DNA of 63,764 nucleotides, the filler included, from Licmophora abbreviata (Eukaryota), in NCBI GenBank assembly GCA_900291995.1. It is 9 parts of 9 records of this genome, joined end to end, with 100 filler letters (N's around TTAATTAATTAA, not from the genome) between each part and the next. Parts side by side here need not be neighbours in the genome. Positions count along the whole stretch, not along the records: positions 25,570 to 36,620 come from OLMU01001210.1; positions 36,721 to 51,593 come from OLMU01001211.1; 7 more parts are not named here. One strand, 5' to 3'. A program made the translations under genes and the position numbers. Below are positions 33,853-43,801 of this stretch, in pieces. The first letter of the stretch is position 1; the number at the start of each line of letters is the position of its first letter. The notes below the pieces were generated by a model, which was given only the letters and a program-made list of their open reading frames with translations, made no database searches and was not told the DNA's origin.

Positions 33853-34701
33853 ATGAATTCTCTGGAAGACGCGTTGTGGATGGAGGTTCAACCGAAGGTT
33901 CAAACACTTTCTCGCACCCCAACGGTTGAGTTCTCGCTCGCTAGTACGGATGAGCTGGAAGAAGCCTGGGATCCGTTCTGGGTGAATGAGGACGATGATC
34001 AATCCGGTACTGACAACAACAACGACTCTTCGGCTGCCTCTCTCCACTCTGACGATGATTTCAATGCAGAAGACTGGAGTGATTCCGATAGCTCCAATAG
34101 TAACCTCGACGAAAGCACGCACTGCCAGGCTTCTGACTTTTTAAACAAGTTTCAAAAGTCTTGTCAGGTGGATGCCGACGAAAACACTACAACAACAACG
34201 GTGGACGACGACACGTCCCTTGTATCACGAGACTCTGTATCATCGCGATCGAGCATAACCTCCAGGGGCTTCCGCTGGGACAAAGCAAAGCTCGTCACCA
34301 TGCTCAGCACACGGTCTCTTGGAGTGGCGCCGACGATTGATGAACAGTCTGTCCTTATTGCTCCAGCAGATCCGCGGTCTCGACGAACACAGAGTTTCGT
34401 GGATCCTAGAGAGGTAGAGCGTCTGCAGAAACTATCTGCTGAGGAGTTGGCACGTAGGTTCATTCAAATGCAGCAGACGAATGCGCTAAAAAGGCAACAG
34501 GAAGCACTCGAACGTGTCAGTAGACACAGCTCATCGTCATCTTCCTCGCGAGGTAAAAGCAAGAGCAGCGACGAACGTCGGCACCAGAGATCCAGGAGTA
34601 GCAAAGATCGTAAATCCAAGAAGCGATCGTCTCGGAAGGCTTCGAGAAAGGCTACAGCAGAGGAAGAGGGAATGGCTAAGTGTGCCTCATCTCATATATA
34701 G
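33853..34701 (+). CDS. Hypothetical low-complexity protein (acidic N-terminus, Ser/Arg/Lys-rich C-terminus)
   Basis: 282-aa ATG ORF, divergent from the upstream gene. Confidence 0.55.
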   Translation: MNSLEDALWMEVQPKVQTLSRTPTVEFSLASTDELEEAWDPFWVNEDDDQSGTDNNNDSSAASLHSDDDFNAEDWSDSDSSNSNLDESTHCQASDFLNKFQKSCQVDADENTTTTTVDDDTSLVSRDSVSSRSSITSRGFRWDKAKLVTMLSTRSLGVAPTIDEQSVLIAPADPRSRRTQSFVDPREVERLQKLSAEELARRFIQMQQTNALKRQQEALERVSRHSSSSSSSRGKSKSSDERRHQRSRSSKDRKSKKRSSRKASRKATAEEEGMAKCASSHI

Positions 34702-34800
34702 TTGAGTCAAGCAGATCCTATTTTAAAAAAGAGCTATCTTGATTGGGGATATCGAACTAATAGCCGTACGTACTTCCCTCGCTCGCTACCGTGCCTGTAG

Positions 34801-36809
34801 CTAGCCCTGCGTCGTAACAGCTTGATCTGCTGTTTCCTCTGTCTGTCTGGGGAGCTGGACAGCCATGAGACGATCCAGCTCTCCTTCGCGAATCCATCCG
34901 TCTGGGATCCGCAATGTCAGTCCACTGCGACCATTAAAGCTATTCCATTGGAGCCTCAGGCACAATACAGCCGTGCCGCGAGGGATTGTGCGAAGAAGCC
35001 TTCCTTCGTCGTCCCAGACGTAGGCCCCGTTCGTCGCAGTTACCCTGTATAAGGAAGGAAATGCCATAGAATCATCTGAATAAGTCGTCGGCACAGATAT
35101 AGGATTTTCCGGTGCTTCATCTTCCAATCGATGACGTTCATCAGAGGACACTTGCGGCTCCGCTGGAGCTGGTGGCGCTACTTCTTGTTGCTCTGGTTCT
35201 TCCTGTGGCTCTCTCTCGGCAGCAGCTTGGCGCAGAGCTGCCACTGCCTGTCGACGTTGTTCTTCCTCGCGCTGCTGCCGTTCTCGCGCATCCATGGCCG
35301 TTATATCACCACGACATGTCGGACACGACTGCTGCTGCACAAGCCACTCCCTTAGACAGCTCTTGTGAAAGACGTGCCCACACCCCGGCAGCTTCTTACA
35401 GGACTGGACAGTCATTTCATCTCGACAGATGATGCAGACCCGCCCAGCTTCCTCCAGCGCCTCATCACTCTCTACGGACTCGAATCGATTCATACTTGCC
35501 ATGAGCCTTCGATACTTGGCAAATGCCAACAGCCGACTCTTGAGATTCATGAAAGAAACGTATACTTCTCGAAAGAGGTTAAACGGGAGACCATAGTACG
35601 TCAGTACGATGGCAAAGAAGGTTACGTAAAAGAGAAACTTGGCCCCCTGTGCTTGCACTTCGACCGCCTGAACACCAGACGAAAAGACAAAAGCGACGCA
35701 GTTGAGAAGTTATAGCACGACATGATTAGCAAGACCATGTACAATACTTTCTTGCAGCCGTCAAGCCTCGACACTCACAAATGTCAAACTGGCCTTGTGA
35801 TCCTTCCAGGCATGAAGCCACGAGTGAACCCAACTTCGGTTGGGCGCATGGTCATGCAGGTAGTGTAAAAAGCCATCAAGTACATGCAAGGACCACAACA
35901 ACAAACAACTCGTGGCAGACACCAACAGGATCGCCGTTTCGAAAGCAAACAGAATGTACACACTGGGACCTTGCTCCGCAATGAGCTGTCCACATGCCAT
36001 GACGGCAAAAATGTCCAGCGCAATGAGTACTTGCAGTAGGAAGCAGAGCATGAGGTGCCTTCCCGTCACGTGGGGGTAGCCCTTGAGGAGCCCGTATGGA
36101 ATCGGCGCAATGGCTTCCTGGGTCATTCGTAAATGCTGCTCTCGCATCTCCGCCACCCAGTGCAAGCACTTGGCCAGAATCAAGAGTAGAAAGACTAGAA
36201 ACGTCGAGACTTCCAGTTCCGTTCGAAACATAGTCAATGCTAGACAGGTCTCAGTCACGTTCCACCGGAAAAACTCCCCGAGTCCCTCGGCTTCTGCTAG
36301 GCGAAGGCCATGCAAAACGTCTTGGTAAAGATGCGAAAGGTCCACACACATGAAGCAATAAGAGCATTCCCCATGACGAGATATGCCCACTTGGAGGAGG
36401 CCAAATACTGCAAGGCCAAGTACCACTGCTGCCGTGTACGCAAGGCATAGTATAGCAACGCCAAGGCCGCGAAGAAGGATGTGGGCACGTACGGAAGGCG
36501 CCTCCGCGAGTAATAAGGTGGGGGAGCGCCCGCACCTGGATCATTGTCATCATGGTTGTTTTCATGACCCATATTCTCGTCATGTACATCGTCGTCACCG
36601 TGCCGATTCAGAACTAACAANNNNNNNNNNNNNNNNNNNNNNNNNNNNNNNNNNNNNNNNNNNNTTAATTAATTAANNNNNNNNNNNNNNNNNNNNNNNN
36701 NNNNNNNNNNNNNNNNNNNNATCATGGCCTCTTCTTGAGCCTCGCGCTCCCGACGGGGCTCGTTTTCATCACCATCTGGAGCGACTGGTGGATCTTCGGG
36801 ACCTGCCAT
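34801..36809 (-). CDS. HRD1: ERAD E3 ubiquitin ligase HRD1/synoviolin; spans the spacer; frameshift 36314-36317; intron 35668-35778
   Basis: TM region RQQWYLAL.YL..SK...VMGN, LR.AE.E.L...TETCLALTMFR, K.LHW, ILFAFE, YGLPFNLFREVY. RING-H2 CIICRDEM..KKLPGCGHVFHKSCLREWLVQQQSCPTCR. Likely first codons MAGPEDPP... at 36809-36721. Confidence 0.92.
36621..36720. other. Artificial assembly spacer (inside HRD1)
   Basis: N44-TTAATTAATTAA-N44. Confidence 0.98.
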
Positions 36810-37370
36810 TGCCTATGCTCGGTCGAATTAGAGAGGGGGAGCGTTCGGCTCGGTCATGTGTCCCGTTCCACACAGGATGGTGCCATGGTTGATTTGAGTT
36901 TCTGCCAATCGGTGCACAGACAGAAGTCCGCCGACGACAGATCAGATCTTACATACTGGTCGGTCACCAGACTCCGCACGACTTTTTGAGTGCATGCCTT
37001 ACGCACACACACAAAATGAAAAAATTTGGACTTATCCGACTCCACAAGTACATGTATCAATACAAGATTCAAAACCTCATTCTCTCTACCAGAAAAACTG
37101 ATATCGTATTTATGTATTTCACCATGAACATTATATAAACAGGAAAGCCATAAGTAAGTCTAGCCGGCCGCTGTTTGAAATCCCATGAAAATTTGGCTGC
37201 GCCCGCACGGCAAACGGGATAGGCGCCAACTCTCTCTGCGTTTCGGTTCACCAAGTCTCTCTCGTGTCGGTCACTCTCCACACGATGGGAGAGGCAAGTG
37301 ACGAACGGCAGATTCCACGGCCTTGTCTTTTCTAAATCACCTTACTCTGCTTCGACAGTGTCTTGCCATC

Positions 37371-38960
37371 ATGGCGCACGGTGATTCTCGTTCAGATTCC
37401 ACGCTAGTACTGCCAGAGGACAGAATTGACCCAGTTCTCGTCACACCCTCCAAGAGCGGCTCCTCCACTGGAATTTCGCGTCGGACACCCACGCAGTCGC
37501 CCTCACAGAGGGATCCACCCCATTCCTCGACTGTTCCCATTTCTCCCCTTTTGTCGCCTCACAAGAGACGGAGACGGCGATCGTCCTCTATGACACTGCT
37601 GAACAGCAGTCAGTTCTCGAAAACTTGCGGCAAAAATCCAGTGCTTCTTTGCGTGATTGCATGGATACTAGTCTTGATAATTGGCGTGGGTATCTTGAGA
37701 TGGACGACTTTAGACCATCCCTCGCAGACCCCTTCTCTTCCATCGATACGACGACGAGTGAATATACCCACATCGAACGCTCACCACGTCTTTGCAGCCA
37801 ATACTACGGCGGCTGTACACAACGAAACTTCGTGGTCTGGCGGTGACGTCGTTCACGTGATTCACACAAGGTACGTGTGTGTGCACATACATCGAAGTTT
37901 CCTCGCCTCGCAAGCACACAGTCTCACCCCTTCTTTGGATCTCAGACTCATGCAGACTCAGCCGGACCTGGTGGAACTCGGCCTGGCCCGCTTGCAAATT
38001 TTCAAATCCATCTGCTTGCCGACCATGCAGGGCCAGACCTCCCAGAACTTCTTGTGGGTTATTCGAACGGATCCCCTATTGAATGAAACATTGAAGCAAG
38101 AGCTGTTGGGCGCATTGAGGCCCCTGACGAATGTTGTCGTACTTGCCTGCAATGAAAATCCGGATCACTTTCCTAGCTCCGAGACCCTATCGACTATATC
38201 GCCTGACCACGTCTGGACCAACAATTACGACCAATTGTTGGAACATCATGTCGCAGCACAGTCAAGGATGGTCTTGGAGAGTCGGCTGGACGCAGATGAT
38301 GGCTTGCACTTGGAGTTTGTTCGGTATATGCAGCAGCAAGCAGAACGCTATTTACGGTCGGATCCCACACGATGGGTGGTGTGGTGTGCATATAGTCACC
38401 TGGAGTGGCATTACAGCTCACCCTTTCACGAAAACGACCCTGAGATACCTGAAGGATACCTTGTAGGAATCAAAGCGGAAGAGTGTGTGACTCCAGGCAT
38501 TACCATGACGTACAACACGCACGTACAGGGCCTTCCCCATTCGTCGAATCATCAGCATTTGCATAAGACGATTCCGCCCTGTATGGATATCAATGCTACT
38601 AACTGCTTGAGACGACTGGAGCACTTGATGCCGACGGCGATTCGGGCACGGACTCCGACGAGTGCAGGCATGAGCAATGTTTTGTTTGGGCCATATGGAC
38701 ATCGTTCTTCCTACAAGCGAACGAGACCACAGCTGGAGCTGCAATCAACGGTGTGGAATGGCGTCCATAATATATTTGGACTGGACCGACCGGACGCGGC
38801 GCGTATGAGAGAGTATCTCGGTAGCAAAGTTATGGAAATTGCTGCTGACAATTGGAAAGGACAGTGTACTCGAGGTCACTCGTGCAAGAAATCAGCCAAG
38901 GAAATGCTGCAGAAACTCATGGAGCATCCTTGGATAACTCAGCACGTGGCGAAATTTTAA
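37371..38960 (+). CDS. Type II membrane putative glycosyltransferase (putative rhamnosyl transferase-like); in-frame intron 37871-37945
   Basis: Single N-terminal TM helix; IHTR|LMQ.QP, RLQIFKSICLPTMQGQTSQNFLWVI and SRLDADDGL (DxD). Confidence 0.75.
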   Translation: MAHGDSRSDSTLVLPEDRIDPVLVTPSKSGSSTGISRRTPTQSPSQRDPPHSSTVPISPLLSPHKRRRRRSSSMTLLNSSQFSKTCGKNPVLLCVIAWILVLIIGVGILRWTTLDHPSQTPSLPSIRRRVNIPTSNAHHVFAANTTAAVHNETSWSGGDVVHVIHTRYVCVHIHRSFLASQAHSLTPSLDLRLMQTQPDLVELGLARLQIFKSICLPTMQGQTSQNFLWVIRTDPLLNETLKQELLGALRPLTNVVVLACNENPDHFPSSETLSTISPDHVWTNNYDQLLEHHVAAQSRMVLESRLDADDGLHLEFVRYMQQQAERYLRSDPTRWVVWCAYSHLEWHYSSPFHENDPEIPEGYLVGIKAEECVTPGITMTYNTHVQGLPHSSNHQHLHKTIPPCMDINATNCLRRLEHLMPTAIRARTPTSAGMSNVLFGPYGHRSSYKRTRPQLELQSTVWNGVHNIFGLDRPDAARMREYLGSKVMEIAADNWKGQCTRGHSCKKSAKEMLQKLMEHPWITQHVAKF

Positions 38961-39115
38961 AACAAAGCTATGAACTATCTATAAATACCGCTGACTTCTT
39001 TCCTTGCCAAGAGCTTGAATGGGACGGTGCGTTAGCAAATTGCAGCCGCAATTAGGAGGCTACCAGGGACTCACTGCCAGAAAGATGGCTCGTGGGCCTT
39101 TTTATTCTGCGCTGA

Positions 39116-40078
39116 CTAGTGCTTGGCGAACAAGTACTCGTGGCATGCACGAGCACCCGCTGGAGTACCCACTTGACACGCACCGGGATAGTTCATCTCT
39201 CCAAGCTCCTTCATACATCCTTGTTGGTACTTGTCGTCGCAGCCACCGATAAACGACGTCTGTAATCGAAAGCCAGCTTCCTCGAGCAACTTCAGCAACA
39301 TTCCAAAATAGTACAGAGTTTCAGTATCGTTTAACCAAGCATTGGAAACATGAAACTCTCCTGTTACTTGATCGACGTGATGAAGAAAGTTTGGATCCTC
39401 GAGGAGAATGTCCCTCGACAATGCATACTCGCAACCTTCACAATCAAATTTGAGAACGTTGAGCTTTTCTATCTTCAAATAACGCTTCGTCGATGGCATA
39501 CTTGCTGTCCACCATTTCGTCTCTGTCTCTTGCTGCTCGTCGTTCGGATTCAGCAAGCTGGCAGCAACGTTATGAAACGTGACTCCAGGATGAAGTTGAG
39601 AGGGGTGCACGACTGTAGGATCAGCGGCGTACCCGTGACAGCCCCAGTCCTCGGCCAGCTGTACATCGAATGAATACGCATTTTCAATTCCAAACGAGAG
39701 GAAGGAGCACTCCTCATCCGGCTCGAGCTCAAACTGGCATATGGCGTGATTCCCATACGTCTGATCACCAACACTCAGCACCTCGCAGTGACCTTGCTCC
39801 TCCCAAGCATCGATAGGCTGTCTGTTGAGTGTGTCCGAAAGAGACTTCACATACGGAAGAATACTCTCTAGAGCCTCGTCTTGCTGAGCCGGGATCATTT
39901 CACTCCAGATATTGGTCGAAAGTGAAGCCGGGTCTAACCGCGCCATCTGGCCACCCTCCATGCCGGTCATCCGTTGAAGGCCCCGAAGTTCAGAGTACGA
40001 GTAGAGTCCGAGGGCCAACAGCAATAGCGAAGCAATGTCTCGTGCCCAGGGGCGCCCCCTCTGTCTACGAATTGCCAT
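39116..40078 (-). CDS. Signal-anchored methyltransferase, METTL24/FkbM-like (Methyltransf_22)
   Basis: CSFLSFGIENAYSFD, GC.GYAADPT, LKFDCEGCEY, VDQVTGEFH. Confidence 0.8.
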   Translation of the reverse strand: MAIRRQRGRPWARDIASLLLLALGLYSYSELRGLQRMTGMEGGQMARLDPASLSTNIWSEMIPAQQDEALESILPYVKSLSDTLNRQPIDAWEEQGHCEVLSVGDQTYGNHAICQFELEPDEECSFLSFGIENAYSFDVQLAEDWGCHGYAADPTVVHPSQLHPGVTFHNVAASLLNPNDEQQETETKWWTASMPSTKRYLKIEKLNVLKFDCEGCEYALSRDILLEDPNFLHHVDQVTGEFHVSNAWLNDTETLYYFGMLLKLLEEAGFRLQTSFIGGCDDKYQQGCMKELGEMNYPGACQVGTPAGARACHEYLFAKH

Positions 40079-40471
40079 CTTTGCGCGCTATTGTGGTCAA
40101 TCTTGAGACCGCTTCAACGCCGGCATCGAGGTTACCGCGATGTGCGTGATGCGTTGGGGGAAAATGTACAAAAAACAAGGCCGGGAGTCTTACAGATTTG
40201 TTACCATAAGTATAAAACGTGAAATGAGAGTAGGGCATATTGGACATATGTATGTGATAGACATATCTATCGAGACTCCCCCCAAAACTGAAAACGCGCG
40301 AAGTTAAGTCGCCGACGGCGACAAAAACGGGCGGCACGCAGATCCAAAAACTTTGTGGTGACGGATGCGTGCCCGGATCGAAATTCTGACTCTCCACCGG
40401 GCACCGGGCAAAGCGCCAACTTGTCTCACAATTTGCCTCAAACATCGACATCTCCTCCAACCATTTAGGCC

Positions 40472-41944
40472 ATGTCAACCCAAGGAGAAGGCGTCACCCC
40501 CGAAGCTCCGTCGGACGACCACAAGGAAGCCGAAGAGAGGAAGGGCATTGTCATCAAAACTATCACCGCTTATTGCACTGAAAACTGTGAGTTTGAAGAG
40601 CTTCGTTCCATCGGTGCCGCCCTCAAGGACGGAAATAAGCTCATTTGTAAGACAGTGTCTGGGGGTAGTACGAATTTTGCTTTCAAGGTCCGTCTTGAAG
40701 AATCCAAGCCAGGCGTACCGGCTCTTTTCGTCAAGATGGCCTTCTCGTACGCCCTCTGGGATCCGGAGCGAAGCGCGGAGTACGATTTGATTCGCACACA
40801 GAACGAGTTTGACCTCATGAAGTCATTTGCTGAGATGATGGGCGGTATCGACAAGGCCCCTATCCCTACTCCCTACTTATGCCTCGACGTTGACGACATG
40901 AAGTTGCTCATCACAGAATGGTCTGATGCCGACGAGCAGTGGGCCAATCAGTTCATTGACGGCAAGGTTGATCCACGCATTACTCCTCAGGCAGCAGACG
41001 CATTTGCTACTTTGAACCTAGCTCCGGTGACGGATCCCATGTTCAATGACAATGTGCGTCCTTGCATGCGCGGGTTGTTTCAGACATGCAAGACGATCTT
41101 TGGCCAGATGATTGGTGCCGAGGGTGGACCCACGGACGAGTTCGTTGCGATGGGACGAGAGATGGGACAAGAGGGCTTTGATGCTCTAATCGAAGGCATG
41201 GACAAGCAGTACATGAAGCGTGAAGTTCTAAGTCACAGTGATTCCAAGCAATTCAATCTTTTGGTAGAGAAAAAGCCGAGCGTGTCCGAGCTCAAGGACT
41301 TTGGACCGAATGGCAAATTTGTTATCTGCGACTGGGAAATGGCCTACGTGGGTCCTGCTGGACGTGACCCTGGTATCGTTCAAGCCTGGCCTCTTGCATG
41401 CGCATTCAGTCACGCTGCTCTGGGGCACAAGACCGAGGTCGGAGAATGTCTCGACTTCAATACCAAATTCTGGGACCTGTACGCAAAGGTTCTTGCTGAA
41501 AAGGGAGACAAGGACGAAGAGTATCTCCGCAAGGTATTTCTCGATAGTATCGGATGGATCGCATTGTATCTCTGCATTCCGTTCTATATCCTCGGCCTGG
41601 ATATTGATCACCTCCCTACTAGTTCGTTTCCGACAAAGCAGGCCGCGACAAAGGGTGCAATGGGAGCGCTTGGACTCAAGTTCTTGCAGATCTCCTTCGG
41701 TGAGGAAGAACCTGACATGACATTGGAGGAACTTCGGGCATGGTATAAAGAGACGGTTGACGGCTCGATTGAGAAGCTCTTGCTGGCTGCAAGTAAGGAG
41801 CGTCAACGACCTCGTCGTGCCTCGATGCTCCGTGAGACGGGACGTCGGGTGAGTGATGCGTTCGCGTACGACCAGCTCGCGCAACGTCTGTCAGATACAA
41901 CAGATTCCAATGAGATGGCTGCTGCCATTCGAGATGCACAGTAG
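40472..41944 (+). CDS. APH/choline-kinase-fold phosphotransferase, methylthioribose kinase-like
   Basis: GGSTNFAFKV, LFVKMA, LSHSDSKQFNLLV, ICDWEMAYVGPAGRDPG. Confidence 0.75.
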   Translation: MSTQGEGVTPEAPSDDHKEAEERKGIVIKTITAYCTENCEFEELRSIGAALKDGNKLICKTVSGGSTNFAFKVRLEESKPGVPALFVKMAFSYALWDPERSAEYDLIRTQNEFDLMKSFAEMMGGIDKAPIPTPYLCLDVDDMKLLITEWSDADEQWANQFIDGKVDPRITPQAADAFATLNLAPVTDPMFNDNVRPCMRGLFQTCKTIFGQMIGAEGGPTDEFVAMGREMGQEGFDALIEGMDKQYMKREVLSHSDSKQFNLLVEKKPSVSELKDFGPNGKFVICDWEMAYVGPAGRDPGIVQAWPLACAFSHAALGHKTEVGECLDFNTKFWDLYAKVLAEKGDKDEEYLRKVFLDSIGWIALYLCIPFYILGLDIDHLPTSSFPTKQAATKGAMGALGLKFLQISFGEEEPDMTLEELRAWYKETVDGSIEKLLLAASKERQRPRRASMLRETGRRVSDAFAYDQLAQRLSDTTDSNEMAAAIRDAQ

Positions 41945-42508
41945 CTGTGGCCATTCATTATTGCAGGTACCTGTACCGGTACCAGGTCTTTCAATTTACT
42001 GTACCAGGTACCAGATAGCTAGGAGGGCGCATACCCTGTGCCGGTACCAAGTACTCGTGCCTCGTCTTTGAATTTGAAAGCGAAACCACCTAGTCGAGCC
42101 TGGTGGTGCAGCAAATCATAAGCTCTATAGAGCACCCGAAGAGATTACGAAGCCTTCCACAAGTACACCACAATGTGAGCCTCTAGCAACATACAATTTG
42201 ATCTGGTCGTACCGGTATTATCTAGGTATGAAACGATCATCTCGACGTCGAACGGAAATACTCCGCCCGGGAAAGACTCATCCGACTCAAACTATCTGTG
42301 ATTAAAACATACATTCTTGAATAAATCTGAATACTGACGTGGCCAATGGCCTTTCCAGAACTCATTTGTACCAGGCTCTACATGAATGTACGTGGTTTGC
42401 GATGCTCACAATTCACGATTTCAAATTCTCAAGTCTTGTTCCGAACGCATCTCGGAATTCCGTTGAGCACAGTGATGTACGCCCAAGAACAAGCATGATA
42501 CTGTTAGT

Positions 42509-43684
42509 ATGACGGGCGAAAACAATGGTGCTTCAAGGCCCCAGGCCACCTCACCCGTCTCTATGTCCGACCGTCCTGTCTCGATTCGATCAAGAGAAGC
42601 CCTTTTGCTGCTTCCGCCTCCCTTGATTCCCTCGATTCGCTTTCCGAATCTCCCTAGTTCAAGCGTTCTGAGCGAGAAGTCTAGGCATATCCAAGAGACC
42701 CGCGTGTCATCCAATTTGACAGAAAAGATAGTGGGGGATATTCTAGTGGGCTGTGGTGTCACGTTTAGTGTTACACCGTTTCTTACGGTGGTAGACAAGG
42801 CGATTGTTCAAAGAGCAGCTGGAACGCACACTATCCTGCACAGCAGTTTCGAGAGTATTCGGGGGATAGCAAGAAGCCCGCTCGCCTTTGTCAAGAGTCC
42901 TATGTTTCTCATCATGTGGGGAACGTATGCGGTCACGTACTCGACAGCAAACTCGTTGAAGACGATTTTCGAGCACAAGGAGTACATGGAACGAAAGCGA
43001 AAAGAGCAGAACCGGAACCAGGCCGAATCTTCAACAGATTCGTGCACGAAGGAGCCTGTCGCGACCAGCCGTACAAGCAAGATGGGCATATTTGCCGGAA
43101 CTGCCTTCGTGAACTCAGCTGCGTCGTTGGTCAAGGATCGAACGTACGCGCGCATGTTTGGCGCGGGTACCCCAGCAAGTGTCCCGCTCATCTCCTATGG
43201 ACTATGGGCCATCAGAGATGGGGCCGTGGTGGGGTCATCGTTTCTGATGCCCGAAATGGTGTCCCACTCATTGCAAGACTATACGAGCATGGACCAGAAA
43301 GACGCCTTGCGTGCTTCACAGCTGGCCTGTCCAGTGGCCACGCAGGTTCTCGTTGGACCGATTCACTTGCTCGCGCTCGACTTCTACAACCGTCCGCTGG
43401 CCAACATGAACGCAGCCAGCGCAGCGTGGGAACGCCTTCAGCTACTCAAGAGTGGCGCTGGGGCGGTGATTGCAGCTCGTATTGCCCGTATTGCGCCGGG
43501 GTATGGTGCAGGAGGCGTGCTGAATACGCATTATAGAGACATGTGGAGAGAATACCTGATTCAGAAAGAGATTCTTCGAATCGAACTTGAACAAGACGAG
43601 GGTTCGCAGAAAGAACATGCCCATCGGCTCGTGGAACTCGTGGTGGAGCGAGCAAACACGGTGAATGACCAAGTGACAAAGTAG
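42509..43684 (+). CDS. Conserved hypothetical multi-pass membrane protein (possibly a divergent organellar carrier)
   Basis: PFLTVVDKAIV, YAVTYSTAN, KDRTYARMFG, VPLISYGLWAIRD, PIHLLALDFYNRP, ARIARIAPGYGAGGVLN. Confidence 0.6.
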   Translation: MTGENNGASRPQATSPVSMSDRPVSIRSREALLLLPPPLIPSIRFPNLPSSSVLSEKSRHIQETRVSSNLTEKIVGDILVGCGVTFSVTPFLTVVDKAIVQRAAGTHTILHSSFESIRGIARSPLAFVKSPMFLIMWGTYAVTYSTANSLKTIFEHKEYMERKRKEQNRNQAESSTDSCTKEPVATSRTSKMGIFAGTAFVNSAASLVKDRTYARMFGAGTPASVPLISYGLWAIRDGAVVGSSFLMPEMVSHSLQDYTSMDQKDALRASQLACPVATQVLVGPIHLLALDFYNRPLANMNAASAAWERLQLLKSGAGAVIAARIARIAPGYGAGGVLNTHYRDMWREYLIQKEILRIELEQDEGSQKEHAHRLVELVVERANTVNDQVTK

Positions 43685-43801
43685 GACGCTGAGTCGATTG
43701 TACAGCACTATTGGTTGGTAAGTCTGCGTGTTACTTGGTGTACAAACGAGGCAGACAACGATAGAGCACTGCACATACAGAATATTTTAGATAACTAAGT
43801 T

